Below, piece after piece: positions 28,983 to 38,395 of a stretch of DNA of 64,000 bases. The first letter of the stretch is position 1. Every line of letters starts with the position of its first letter. The stretch lies in the NCBI GenBank assembly GCA_963422395.1, contig OY729431.1:1344001-1408000 (forward strand), given 5' to 3'. The position numbers were made by a program, and so were the translations under genes. A model generated the notes under the pieces. The model was not told the DNA's origin, ran no database searches, and saw nothing but the letters and a program-made list of their open reading frames with translations. This DNA is from Vicinamibacteria bacterium (GTDB taxonomy: Bacteria > Acidobacteriota > Vicinamibacteria > Marinacidobacterales > Marinacidobacteraceae).

Positions 28983-29869
28983 TGCGGCGCGCTCTGCCCC
29001 GTCGGATATCCGGCGTCGTTCTCCTTTTGGGGTTTTCGCTTCCGACCGACGCGGCGGAACAATTCCGGGTGGAGGCCCGCGCCGTGCTGGTGGATGTCGC
29101 GGTCACCGCCCGAGGCCCGGTGCGAGGGCTTCGCGAGGAGGATTTCGAATTGCTCGTCGCGGGGCGACCGAAACCGTTCCGGATGCTGGACCGGGAGAGT
29201 CTGGCTCTCGCGGTTCTCTTCGCGATGGACGGGAGTGCGAGCACTGCCGGAGACCGCCGTCTGCGGCTCGCCGATGGGGCACGCCGTTTCGCGGGAGCGT
29301 TGACCAGCCGCGATACCTGCGGGGTCGTATCGTTCTCCACGACCGCCCGCTGGGTACGCGAGTTCACCCCCTGCGGGCCGGATATCGGGGAGCGGCTGCT
29401 CCAGACCGCTCCGGGCGGCGCCACCGCGCTCTGGGATGGTGTCGTCCTCTCGCTGGCCGCGCTCCACGACGGTGCCGGGCGACCCGTCCTCCTGCTCTTC
29501 ACCGATGCCCAGGACAATTTGAGCTGGACGCGGCGGGAGCATCTCCGGCAGGCGGTCCAGGCTTCCGAAACGCTCCTCTACGCCATCGTGGCGCCGGCGC
29601 CGCGTGCCTCGCGCAACCTCCGTCCCGACGACTACGGCCCCCGGCTGCTCGATGAGCTGGCCGGGATCACCGGAGGCCGGGTGGTCACGATCCGTTCCGA
29701 CGCGGACCTCGAGGACGCCTTCGAGCAGGTGCTACTGGACCTCCGAGTCCGCTATGTGCTGGCCTTCACCCCCGATCCGGACCTAAAGGGTTTCGTCCCC
29801 ATCGAGGTGAGGGTCCGTTCGCGGCAGGTTCGGGTGCGCGCCCGCGCCGGCTACACCGCTCGTCCTTAG
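28982..29869 (+). CDS. VWA domain protein (Acidobacteria-type VWFA)
   Basis: VLVDVAV..GPVRGLREEDF, DGSAS, TALWD, FTD, TGG, YVLAF, VRARAGY. Confidence 0.85.
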   Translation: MRRALPRRISGVVLLLGFSLPTDAAEQFRVEARAVLVDVAVTARGPVRGLREEDFELLVAGRPKPFRMLDRESLALAVLFAMDGSASTAGDRRLRLADGARRFAGALTSRDTCGVVSFSTTARWVREFTPCGPDIGERLLQTAPGGATALWDGVVLSLAALHDGAGRPVLLLFTDAQDNLSWTRREHLRQAVQASETLLYAIVAPAPRASRNLRPDDYGPRLLDELAGITGGRVVTIRSDADLEDAFEQVLLDLRVRYVLAFTPDPDLKGFVPIEVRVRSRQVRVRARAGYTARP

Positions 29870-29968
29870 CAGCCTGTCTCCCGGCGGGGGGGCGCGGCGG
29901 ACGAGGCGCCTTCGCGAAGGGGGTCGAGGGGTCTTTCTCCCCGCGGTCGGTCAGCCAGCCAGTTGCGA

Positions 29969-30394
29969 TCAGCCGGCCGCGATCCGGGCGCTCGGCTCGT
30001 AGCGGATGTCCGGCGCGAGGCTGTGGAGCACACTGCAGTACTTCTCGAAGGAGAGCGCTACCGCTCGGTCGAGCCGGTCTTGGGCGAGACCGCCTCCGGA
30101 AGCGGTGAATTCCAGACGGATCCTCGTGAACCGGCGCGGGTGACCGTCGGTGCGGTCACCCGACACTCGAGCCGAGAGCCGCTTTGGCGCTGTGCGCATC
30201 CGCTTCAGGATCGACACCACATCGATCGCCATGCAGCCGGCCAGGGCGGCGAGCAGCGACTCCATGGGCGAGGCACCGGTCTTCGCCTCGCTGTCGAGCG
30301 CGATTCCGGCGCCGGACGGAGTGGTGACCGCGTACCCGGTCCCACCGTCCCATTCGAGATTCACATGCATCGGGAAGGGTCCCCCGTTCCTCAT
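29969..30394 (-). CDS. OsmC family protein
   Basis: SPMESLLAALAGCMAIDV and EKYCSV (two conserved Cys); ATGA overlap with fabF. Confidence 0.88.
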   Translation of the reverse strand: MRNGGPFPMHVNLEWDGGTGYAVTTPSGAGIALDSEAKTGASPMESLLAALAGCMAIDVVSILKRMRTAPKRLSARVSGDRTDGHPRRFTRIRLEFTASGGGLAQDRLDRAVALSFEKYCSVLHSLAPDIRYEPSARIAAG

Positions 30395-31629
30395 TCGCGG
30401 TGAAGGACGAGCGACACATTCGTGCCGCCGAATCCGAAAGAGTTCGAGAGCGCCCACTCCGCCCCGGTCGGGGTCGGCCGCAGCACCGGAGGGTAGTCGG
30501 CGAGCTCGGGGTCGAGCGGCTCGGCGTTCACCGAGGGCGCGATCCAGCCTTCGCGGAGCATCAGCAGGGTGAACCCCGCCTCGAGAGCTCCGGCGGCGGA
30601 CACCGTGTGGCCGGTATAGCCCTTCGTCGAACCGTAGGGCACGAGGCGCTCGCCGAAGACCCGGCGGATCGCGCGGACTTCGGAGATATCTCCGAGCGGA
30701 GTGGAGGTCCCGTGGGTATTGATGTACCCGATGAGGCCCGCCGGGAGGCGGGCGTTGTGGAGCGCTCGGCGAATCGCCAGCTCTGCCCCATCGCTGTCCG
30801 GCGCCACCATCTCCCCGGTGCCGTCGGACGACATGCCGAAGCCGCGGATCGAGCCGAGGATCTCCGCGCCCCGGTTCTCTGCCGATTCCCGGGTTTCGAT
30901 GGCCAACAGTCCGGCGCCCTCGCCGAACACGAAACCGGCCCGGTCGGCGGCGTAGGGTCGGGACGCCTGGCCTGGCCGCTCGTTGTCCAGCCGTGTGTAA
31001 GCGCGCATGGAATCGAAGCCGAGATGGAAGTGGACATCCTCGGCCTCGACTCCCCCGGCGAGCGCCTGATCCACGATGCCTTCCCGGACCCAGGAGGCCG
31101 CGATGAGCAGGTTGTAGGCCCCGCCGGCACAGGCCGCAGTGGCCGACACCGATGGGCCGCGCGTCTTCAGGACGGTGGCGAGATTCGCCGACACCGTGGA
31201 AGCCATGATGCGGGGAATCGTGGTCGGGAGTACCCGCACCCGGCCGCCCCGCGCCATCCGGCGCACGACATCGCGGTGGGTCTCGATCTCCCCCGTGCCG
31301 CTTCCCACCACCACCGCGAGCTCGCGGGTGGGGAGGCCCGACTGCTCGATGGCGAGCCGCGCGGCGCGCACCGCGAGGAGCGACATCCGTCCCATGAATC
31401 GTGTTTCGGAACGACCGAGGCCCAGCGCCTCGGGATCGATCTTCTCTCGGTAGGCGCCGATCAGCCGGCACCCGGTTTCGCACTGTACCCCCGGCTCGTA
31501 CACCGCGAAGGGGACTTCGGCCCCCGACCGCAGCGTCTCCCGGTGCGGCCCGATCCCGGTTCCTACCTGCGAGAGGAGGCCCATGCCGGTCACCACCGGG
31601 TCGCGGCGCGAGAGGGCGGTTTCGGACAA
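30391..31629 (-). CDS. fabF: Beta-ketoacyl-ACP synthase (FabF/FabB family)
   Basis: TAACAGG (Cys), NTHGTST and TGHTVSAAG (His/His), SNSFGFGGTN. Confidence 0.9.
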   Translation of the reverse strand: MSETALSRRDPVVTGMGLLSQVGTGIGPHRETLRSGAEVPFAVYEPGVQCETGCRLIGAYREKIDPEALGLGRSETRFMGRMSLLAVRAARLAIEQSGLPTRELAVVVGSGTGEIETHRDVVRRMARGGRVRVLPTTIPRIMASTVSANLATVLKTRGPSVSATAACAGGAYNLLIAASWVREGIVDQALAGGVEAEDVHFHLGFDSMRAYTRLDNERPGQASRPYAADRAGFVFGEGAGLLAIETRESAENRGAEILGSIRGFGMSSDGTGEMVAPDSDGAELAIRRALHNARLPAGLIGYINTHGTSTPLGDISEVRAIRRVFGERLVPYGSTKGYTGHTVSAAGALEAGFTLLMLREGWIAPSVNAEPLDPELADYPPVLRPTPTGAEWALSNSFGFGGTNVSLVLHRE

Positions 31630-31849
31630 GGGCGGAGAGTCGGGGGCGACGCGGTTCCCTCCTACGATACTGCGGAAGCAGGGCCGCGGGAAGCCCCGTT
31701 CGACGGCGAGGGCGCACCGCCTGGGAGCCGTTGGGCTTCGCCGTTCCCGGTGCTCGCGCCACGCTGCCCCTTCTTTCCCCAGTCTGCTAGATTGTTGGAC
31801 CGGATCTTCGGGCTTGGGGTGTTTCGAGGAGTGCGGGGAAACGATAACG

Positions 31850-32914
31850 ATGACGCATAGACTGCGTGCGCTCTTACGAACCCGGACAGCGACCCGGCAG
31901 GCGCTGATTCTGGCGGCAGGAATCCTCTTGGCAGGAGTCGCGGGGGCCTTCGCCGCTTCCCCGGCGGCTCTCGTCCAGGACCGCCTCGACGGCCCCCGCT
32001 ACCGCTCCCTGCTCGCCGAGACCCTCGACGGCCTCTTCATCGCTTCGGGGCGGGAGCTCGCTTCGTTCCCCGGCGCGTCGGCGGCTTCGGTGGTCCGCGA
32101 GTTCATCGCCTCCAGGCCGGAACCGGTGCAGCTCCAAGCCGCCGCCCTCCTCCACACCGAAGCGGCGGTGCTGGCGAGCCAGGACGCCGACCGGCACCTG
32201 GAATACGCTCGCGCGCTGCTGGCGGCGCTTCCCGACGCCGCCCGGCGGGAAGTCTGGCTCCGCCGCTGGTGGCTCGCCGTGGGCTACTCCTATCAGGTGG
32301 CGCTGAATTCGGTGGCCGGGGTGGCCGCCTACGAAGCGGCGCTCGACGATCTGCCGGGGGATCGGGAGATTCGGGAGGCCCTCGCCGCCATGCTCCAAAT
32401 GGTCGGTCGGCAGCGGGAAGAACAGCCGTACCTGCTCCGGGCCGAGGAACTGCTGCGCGAGCTTCTCGGGGAGATGCCGAAGGACGCCGAACTGCGCGTC
32501 CGGCTCGCCGGAGTGCTCCTCGACCTGGGACGGGTCCAGGAAGCGGAGCGCGAACTCGATGCTGTCGAGGGGGCGCGGCTCCCGCCGTTGCCCCGCCTCG
32601 CGGCGTTGTTGATCCGGGGAGAAGCCGCGCTCGGGGCCGAACATTTCCGAGACGCCGAAACCGCTTTCGCCGAGGCCGCCCGCCGCGCCCGCCGTTCGCC
32701 GGCGGCGGTTTCCGGCTTGGTAGCCGCCCGGCTCGCCCTCGGCGACCGTACCGGAGCCGCCGAAGCGGCGAGCACCCTCCTGTCGCGGCCCGCCGCCGGT
32801 TGGGAGCCGGAATGGCGTTACTGGCTCGGGCCGGCGCTCGACTTCCAGGAGCTGTTCCAGGCGATGAAGGACGAGGTCCGCGATGCAGCGGGTCGTCAGG
32901 AGACGCCGCGGTGA
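31850..32914 (+). CDS. Secreted TPR-like protein
   Basis: Signal peptide; AALLHTE motif; TPR-like helices. Confidence 0.72.
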   Translation: MTHRLRALLRTRTATRQALILAAGILLAGVAGAFAASPAALVQDRLDGPRYRSLLAETLDGLFIASGRELASFPGASAASVVREFIASRPEPVQLQAAALLHTEAAVLASQDADRHLEYARALLAALPDAARREVWLRRWWLAVGYSYQVALNSVAGVAAYEAALDDLPGDREIREALAAMLQMVGRQREEQPYLLRAEELLRELLGEMPKDAELRVRLAGVLLDLGRVQEAERELDAVEGARLPPLPRLAALLIRGEAALGAEHFRDAETAFAEAARRARRSPAAVSGLVAARLALGDRTGAAEAASTLLSRPAAGWEPEWRYWLGPALDFQELFQAMKDEVRDAAGRQETPR

Positions 32915-33927
32915 AGGCCGAAGATATCGAGAAGCGTCTTGCGAACGCGTTCATCGCTGCGGTTCTCATGCTGGCGGGGACGGTCGCTGTCCTGGCGGGG
33001 CCGGTCGCTGCGGCTTCGGCTCAGGAGCCGTCTCCCGCTCCGGAGGAAGTGCGGGTCGAGGTGGTCGTCCACCGAGACGGCGAGCCGATTCCGACCCCGG
33101 ATGCCGCCGGTTTGCGACTCTTCGTGGATGACCGGCAGACGGCGTTCGACTGGATCCCGGAGGAGCCGATCGCGCTCGCGGTCATCATGGACTTGAGTTC
33201 GAGCATGACCGGAGAAAAGCTCCGGGCTGCCGTCCGGGGGATCTCCGGGCTCTTCTCGTCGCTCGGCGAAGACGACCGCTGCGCGCTTCTCTCCTTCACC
33301 CGGCGGATCGAGCTCCATTCGGGGTGGGAGGGGACCTGCGCCGATGCTGCGGAAGCGGCCGGTGCGCTGCGGAGCGGCGGCCCCGCGGCGCTCAACAACG
33401 CCCTGACCCTAGCTCTGGGGCTCCTCGCCGCCGCGCCGGGACGGCCGGTTCTGGCGCTCTTCACCGACGGCGTGGACGGGGCGAGTTGGACCCGCGACAC
33501 CTGGCCACTGGTGGCTGCCGCCGGGCAGGCGCCGCTCGTGTTCGCGGTCACCGCGCCGGCGGCGCAGGGCGCCGGTCGTGTCGGCGGACTCTACGGAAGC
33601 GTCAGCGCAGACGACCTCGCCAACCAGATCACCTTCGAGGGCCGGCACCTGCAGGACTCCGGGCGAGACCTCCGGGGTCTTCGCAATACGGATCCGTTCT
33701 GGGCGCTCGCCGAACTGGCGCAGCTCTCCGGGGGAGCGCTCGTTCGAACCGAAGGCAGCCCCGAGGAGATCGAGGCTGAACTCGCCAGCCTCGGAGCCGC
33801 GGTGCGTGCGCGCACCTCGCTCCGTTTTCGCCCGCCCGCCGGCCTCGCACCGGGCTGGTATTCGCTTCGGGTCGAGAGCTCGGCGGGCGAGGTGCAGCAC
33901 CGGATCGGTTTCGCCTGGCCGGAGTGA
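32911..33927 (+). CDS. VWA domain protein
   Basis: GTGA overlap; signal peptide; DLSSSM, FTDGVD.ASW, SGG. Confidence 0.8.
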   Translation: MKAEDIEKRLANAFIAAVLMLAGTVAVLAGPVAAASAQEPSPAPEEVRVEVVVHRDGEPIPTPDAAGLRLFVDDRQTAFDWIPEEPIALAVIMDLSSSMTGEKLRAAVRGISGLFSSLGEDDRCALLSFTRRIELHSGWEGTCADAAEAAGALRSGGPAALNNALTLALGLLAAAPGRPVLALFTDGVDGASWTRDTWPLVAAAGQAPLVFAVTAPAAQGAGRVGGLYGSVSADDLANQITFEGRHLQDSGRDLRGLRNTDPFWALAELAQLSGGALVRTEGSPEEIEAELASLGAAVRARTSLRFRPPAGLAPGWYSLRVESSAGEVQHRIGFAWPE

Positions 33928-35006
33928 ACGGCCGGACTCCGGCCCGGGGCCGGGGTGCGGGCTCTAACCCGACGGGGCGGTTCGAGCCGGTGCGCGAGGA
34001 GGCGTTCGACGATGGCTGGGGTTCGACCGAGCCGCCGCCCCACCAGGTCCCCACCACGCTCCTTCTCGACCGGACGAAGACGATCATCGCCCGGAACGAT
34101 TCTCCGGATGTTCCGTTCGACCGCTCCATCAATCCCTACCGGGGATGCGAGCACGGCTGCATCTACTGCTTCGCCCGCCCGAGCCATGCCTGGCTGGGTC
34201 TCTCTCCGGGCCTCGACTTCGAGACCCGGATCGTGGCGAAGCCGGAAGCAGCCGACCTGTTGCGCGGCGAACTCCGAAAGCGCGGCTACGCGCCCGGCCC
34301 GCTCGCGCTCGGCTCGAACACCGATCCGTACCAGCCGTTCGAACGCGAGCTGAAGATCACCCGTCAGATTCTCGAGGTGCTTTCCGAGGCCCGTCATCCC
34401 GCCGGCATCGTCACGAAGTCGGCGCTCGTCCTCCGCGATCTCGACCTCATCGCCCCGATGGCCCGGGACGGGCTGATGCAAGTGATGGTGTCGGTGACGA
34501 CCCTCGATCGCCGGCTCGCCCGGATCATGGAGCCGCGTGCTGCGACTCCCGAGAGAAGGCTGTCCACCGTCCGCGCCCTTCGCGAAGCCGGAGTACCGGT
34601 GGGAGTGCTGGCCTCTCCCATGATTCCGGCGCTCAACGACGCCGAACTCGAGGCGATCCTCGAGGCGGCAGCAGCAGCGGGCGCCGTCTTCGGCGGGTTC
34701 ATCCTCGTCCGACTGCCCCACGAGCTGAAGGGCCTGTTCGGCAACTGGCTCGAAACGCACTTCCCGACCCGAGCCGCCCACATCCAGAACCTGATCCGAG
34801 AGGCCCGCGGCGGCAAGCTGTACGAGGCGAAGTTCGGGGAGCGGATGCGAGGCCGGGGCCCCTACGCGGAACTTCTGGCGCAGCGCTTCCGGGTGGCTTC
34901 CCGCCGACTCGGGCTCGACCGCCCCCATCCGGGCTTCCGCACGGACCTCTTCCGTCCGCCGCGGGCAGCGGGTGCTTCTCGTTCCCTGTTCGCTGCGCGC
35001 CCCTGA
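33924..35006 (+). CDS. PA0069/Rv2578c family radical SAM protein
   Basis: SINPYRGCEHGCIYCFARPSH (CxxxCxxC), NTDPYQPFE. Confidence 0.93.
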   Translation: MNGRTPARGRGAGSNPTGRFEPVREEAFDDGWGSTEPPPHQVPTTLLLDRTKTIIARNDSPDVPFDRSINPYRGCEHGCIYCFARPSHAWLGLSPGLDFETRIVAKPEAADLLRGELRKRGYAPGPLALGSNTDPYQPFERELKITRQILEVLSEARHPAGIVTKSALVLRDLDLIAPMARDGLMQVMVSVTTLDRRLARIMEPRAATPERRLSTVRALREAGVPVGVLASPMIPALNDAELEAILEAAAAAGAVFGGFILVRLPHELKGLFGNWLETHFPTRAAHIQNLIREARGGKLYEAKFGERMRGRGPYAELLAQRFRVASRRLGLDRPHPGFRTDLFRPPRAAGASRSLFAARP

Positions 35007-35043
35007 CGGGTGCCCTCGACCGGCCTCGGCCCCTTCCGAACCT

Positions 35044-36174
35044 TCAGTTCAGGTTCTTGCGATTGGGGACGAGGGGCGATCCGGCGGCCCGCTTCGCCGC
35101 GATCTCTTCGTGGGTTGCGTCGAGCCGGACGAATCGCTCCGGAGTCGAGGGGTGTGTCGAGCGGTGGCTGTTTTCGATGCTGTCTCGGTTCTCCGCCGCC
35201 AGCCGCCTCCAGAACACGCCGGTATCTTCGGTCTCCACTCCGGCGCGGGCGAGCAGGTACATCCCCAGATAGTCGGCCTCGCGCTCGAAATCCTGACTGA
35301 ATGCCCTGCTTCCGCTTGCCATTCCTGCGAGAGTCGGGATGCTGCCGGTGTTCACTCCCGTCGTCGCCCGGATCAACGCCCCCGCCGCCAGACCGATGAG
35401 GCCTCCGAACAGCGTGTTCGTTTTCTTGGCGGTGATGTGCCCTGCCAGGTTGTGAGCGAGTTCGTGAGCGATGACGACCTGCAGCTCCTCGTCGTCCTCG
35501 GCGAACCGCATCATCCCGGTGGTGATATAGACCGCCTCCCCGTCGGCGAAAGCGTTGATGGTCTGGTCTTCCCAGAGCATGACCGGGTAGTCGCAGAGGA
35601 GTTCCGGGACCAGCTCCTGGATGTAGGGCTCGCCCTCCCGCTCGAGCCGTACCGGAACTGCCGGGAACGGCGCGCTTCCTGGTGAGAACTCACGGAGCCG
35701 TCGGTATCCATGCTCTACTCCGCGCTTCCCCTCCGGCAGCCGGTAACGCCCGACATGGGTGAGGACATCCCCCGGCTGGATAGCGGCGTAGTCGGCGGGC
35801 CCTCCCTTGGGGACGATCGTCACCGTGGGCGCCCGACGGAGGCCGAGCGCTCGGATGGCCGCGTCTCGCTCCTCGTCGTCGTACTCGTCGGACGACTCGA
35901 ACGAGAATCCGAACGCGGCAACCGTGTTGCTCGCGCACAGTTCGGCGCCATCGCGCTGCAGTGGCCACGCCAGGTCGGCGAGGCGCTGCTGCCGCTTCTG
36001 GCCGACGGAGAAGGCGATCTCTTGCTGCAGCAGGCGTTCTCTCGCAACGGCGCCGGCGTCTGCAGCGGGAAGCGCACTCTTGGGAGCCACGCACCCGACG
36101 GACGACGCGATGCCGATTCCGACTGCCGCGAGGGCGACGGACGCAATGGGGCGGAGGTTGCGAAGGCTGTCCAT
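35044..36174 (-). CDS. M48 family metallopeptidase lipoprotein with PDZ domain
   Basis: Lipobox SVGC; NAFA, HELAH, EREAD, THP. Confidence 0.9.
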   Translation of the reverse strand: MDSLRNLRPIASVALAAVGIGIASSVGCVAPKSALPAADAGAVARERLLQQEIAFSVGQKRQQRLADLAWPLQRDGAELCASNTVAAFGFSFESSDEYDDEERDAAIRALGLRRAPTVTIVPKGGPADYAAIQPGDVLTHVGRYRLPEGKRGVEHGYRRLREFSPGSAPFPAVPVRLEREGEPYIQELVPELLCDYPVMLWEDQTINAFADGEAVYITTGMMRFAEDDEELQVVIAHELAHNLAGHITAKKTNTLFGGLIGLAAGALIRATTGVNTGSIPTLAGMASGSRAFSQDFEREADYLGMYLLARAGVETEDTGVFWRRLAAENRDSIENSHRSTHPSTPERFVRLDATHEEIAAKRAAGSPLVPNRKNLN

Positions 36175-36248
36175 GGATCCATTCTCTCGCACTCCACGAG
36201 AAAGGCCAGCCTCAGCCTCGTACTCTTTCCCGTGAGAGGTTCCGCGTC

Positions 36249-37493
36249 GTGAAAGTTCGTTTCCCGTTTTCAACCCCCCTTCTGCTTGCTGGTGTTGTTG
36301 GTGTTGCCGATATTGCCGCGGCCGCATTTCCGCAGGAGACACCCCGAGCCCGGGATCTCGGAGTGCCCTTCGAGGGCGAGCCCGGTCCGCTGAACGCGAT
36401 CACCGATGTCGCCGGCCTGGAAGTGGGCCACCACACGATCATCCGGGGAGAGGGAGCGCTTCGGGTCGGCGAGGGTCCGGTGCGGACCGGGGTCACCGCG
36501 GTGCTCCCCCGCGGCCGCAGAAGCCGGGGCCGGGTTTTCGCCGCTTGGTTCACGCTCAACGGCAACGGCGAGATGACCGGGACGACCTGGCTCCGCGACC
36601 GCGGCATTCTCGAAGGTGCAGTGATGATCACGAACACCCACAGCGTGGGCGCGGTGCATGAGGCCACGATCGCCTGGGCCCAGCAGAATCTCGAAGCCCC
36701 GGATTGGAGCCTACCGCTGGTAGCCGAGACCTGGGACGGATTCCTGAACGACATCAACGGTTTCCATGTGCGCCGGGAGCATGTTTTCGCCGCTCTGGAC
36801 TCCGCCCGCGGCGGGCCGGTCACCGAGGGTTCGGTCGGCGGCGGCACGGGGATGCGCACCTTCGGGTTCAAGGCCGGAATCGGCACTTCTTCGCGTCGGG
36901 TCGAAGCCGGCGGAGGCGGCTATGTGGTGGGCGTGCTGGTGCAATCCAACTTCGGCAGCCGCCGGTTGATGACGATCTCCGGCGTGCCGGTGGGCCGCGA
37001 GATTCCGGAGCTGGTCCCCGAGCGCGGCGCCTTCGATCTCCCGCGCGAGGGGTCAGGCGGCGGAAACGGTGCTCTCTCCGACGGCGGTGCTGCGGGGCTC
37101 GGGCGCGACGGCTCGATCATCATCGTGGCGGCCACCGACGCCCCGCTTCTCCCGCACCAGCTCGACCGTTTCATCCGCCGCGCCTCGCTCGCGCTGGGCC
37201 GGGTGGGCAGCATCGCCTCGAACGGCTCCGGCGACATCTTCGTGGCCTTTTCGACCGCGAACCAGGCCGCCGCCCACAACGAAAGCGGAGTGGCTCCGCT
37301 CGAAATCCTCGCCAATCCGGATCTGAACCCATTTTTCGAGGCGGTGGTGCAGGCGACCGAGGAGGCGATCGTGAACGCGTTGGTCGCCGGCCGCGACATG
37401 ACGGGAGTCAACGGCCGCAAGGTCTATGGCCTTCCGCACGACCGCCTGCGGGAGATCCTCCGCCGCTACGGCCGCCTCGCCGAGCCGGGCTGA
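36249..37493 (+). CDS. P1/S58 family peptidase (DmpA-like aminopeptidase)
   Basis: NAITDVAGLEVGH, NGNGEMTG, EGSVGGGTGM, DGSII autocleavage site, SGDIF. Confidence 0.93.
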   Translation: MKVRFPFSTPLLLAGVVGVADIAAAAFPQETPRARDLGVPFEGEPGPLNAITDVAGLEVGHHTIIRGEGALRVGEGPVRTGVTAVLPRGRRSRGRVFAAWFTLNGNGEMTGTTWLRDRGILEGAVMITNTHSVGAVHEATIAWAQQNLEAPDWSLPLVAETWDGFLNDINGFHVRREHVFAALDSARGGPVTEGSVGGGTGMRTFGFKAGIGTSSRRVEAGGGGYVVGVLVQSNFGSRRLMTISGVPVGREIPELVPERGAFDLPREGSGGGNGALSDGGAAGLGRDGSIIIVAATDAPLLPHQLDRFIRRASLALGRVGSIASNGSGDIFVAFSTANQAAAHNESGVAPLEILANPDLNPFFEAVVQATEEAIVNALVAGRDMTGVNGRKVYGLPHDRLREILRRYGRLAEPG

Positions 37494-37589
37494 CACACGG
37501 CCGCAGGGCGGACCGGTACGCGCTCGGCCGATCTCGGAGGCTGGCATCCTGAACCGCGCGAGGGGCACGAGGCCGCAAACGAACCCCGG

Positions 37590-37618
37590 TTGGCGTGGCG
37601 CATCGATCTTGCTAGACT
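37590..37618 (+). promoter_or_regulatory. Sigma70-type promoter for the NYN locus
   Basis: TTGGCG (37590-37595), 17-bp spacer, TGcTAGACT extended -10 (TAGACT 37613-37618). Confidence 0.6.
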
Positions 37619-37624
37619 AAGGAC

Positions 37625-37724
37625 ACGCGAGAAAAACGGCGCCTGGCTGGAGTCATCCATCCCAAGAAGGGCCTCTTGGCCTTCACCTGGTCAGGCGCCA
37701 ACCCGTGAGTGAGCTCTTGAAGGG
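37625..37724 (+). ncRNA. Putative structured leader / small RNA upstream of the NYN ribonuclease
   Basis: 13-bp stem 37638-37650/37687-37699 with three G-U pairs, inner hairpin ccaaga/tcttgg, and a segment complementary to the RBS/ATG. Confidence 0.5.
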
Positions 37725-38395
37725 ATGGGTCGTGTAGCGCTCATCATGGATGGCGGGTATGTCATCAAGCGTTTCGAGGGGGAGAACCGCCCTTTCCCGA
37801 GTGTGGCCAACATCCAGCAGTTGGCGGGATTCCTGATGGAAGGAATCCGGGATGGAACCCTGTATCGGGTCCTTTTCTACAACGCGGACCCATACCGCGG
37901 TTCGGAGCCCCGGCCCCTCGGAGGCGCGAAGATCCAATTTGCGGACACGAAGACGGCTCGTAACAACGAGCGACTCATGCATGGATTGGAGGAATCGGAC
38001 GACTTTGCTGTCCGGCGCGGGGAACTGGTTTTTCGAGGTTGGCGTCTTTCATCGAATGCCTTGGAAGCCCTGCGAAATCAGCCGGGGAAAACCGTGTCGG
38101 GCACGGACTTCATTTACGGCAAAAGGGTGTGGACATGCGGATGGGGCTGGACATCGCCGCGCTGGCGCTGAAGCGCCTCGTGGAAACGGTGATCCTGGTC
38201 ACCGGAGACGCCGACATGGTTCCGGCGATGCGTTTCGCTCGGCGCGAGGGGTTGCGGGTCGGCCTGTGCACCTTGGACCATCCGAGGATTCGCCGCGAAC
38301 TCCGGGCCCAGGCCGACTTCATCCTGAAGTGGAGTCCGCCTGCTCTGGCCGATCCCGCTGCGCCCGTTGCCGCTTCTTCAGCATCAGGTCGCTGA
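37725..38395 (+). pseudogene. NYN domain (PIN/LabA-DUF88) ribonuclease, frameshifted at ~38112-38115
   Basis: Frame 1 has ALIMDGGY, LYRVLFYNADPY, VRRGEL; frame 2 has QKGVDMRMGLDIA, LVTGDADMVPAMRFARREG, AQADF. Confidence 0.88.

Noticed and set aside
38110-38126. Programmed -1 frameshift in the NYN gene
   Set aside because: No canonical slippery heptamer in the zero frame; a deletion or sequencing error is simpler.
38319-38395. 77-bp convergent overlap between the NYN and dehalogenase-like genes
   Set aside because: Both overlapping tails lie beyond the conserved domains; likely incidental stop-codon drift.
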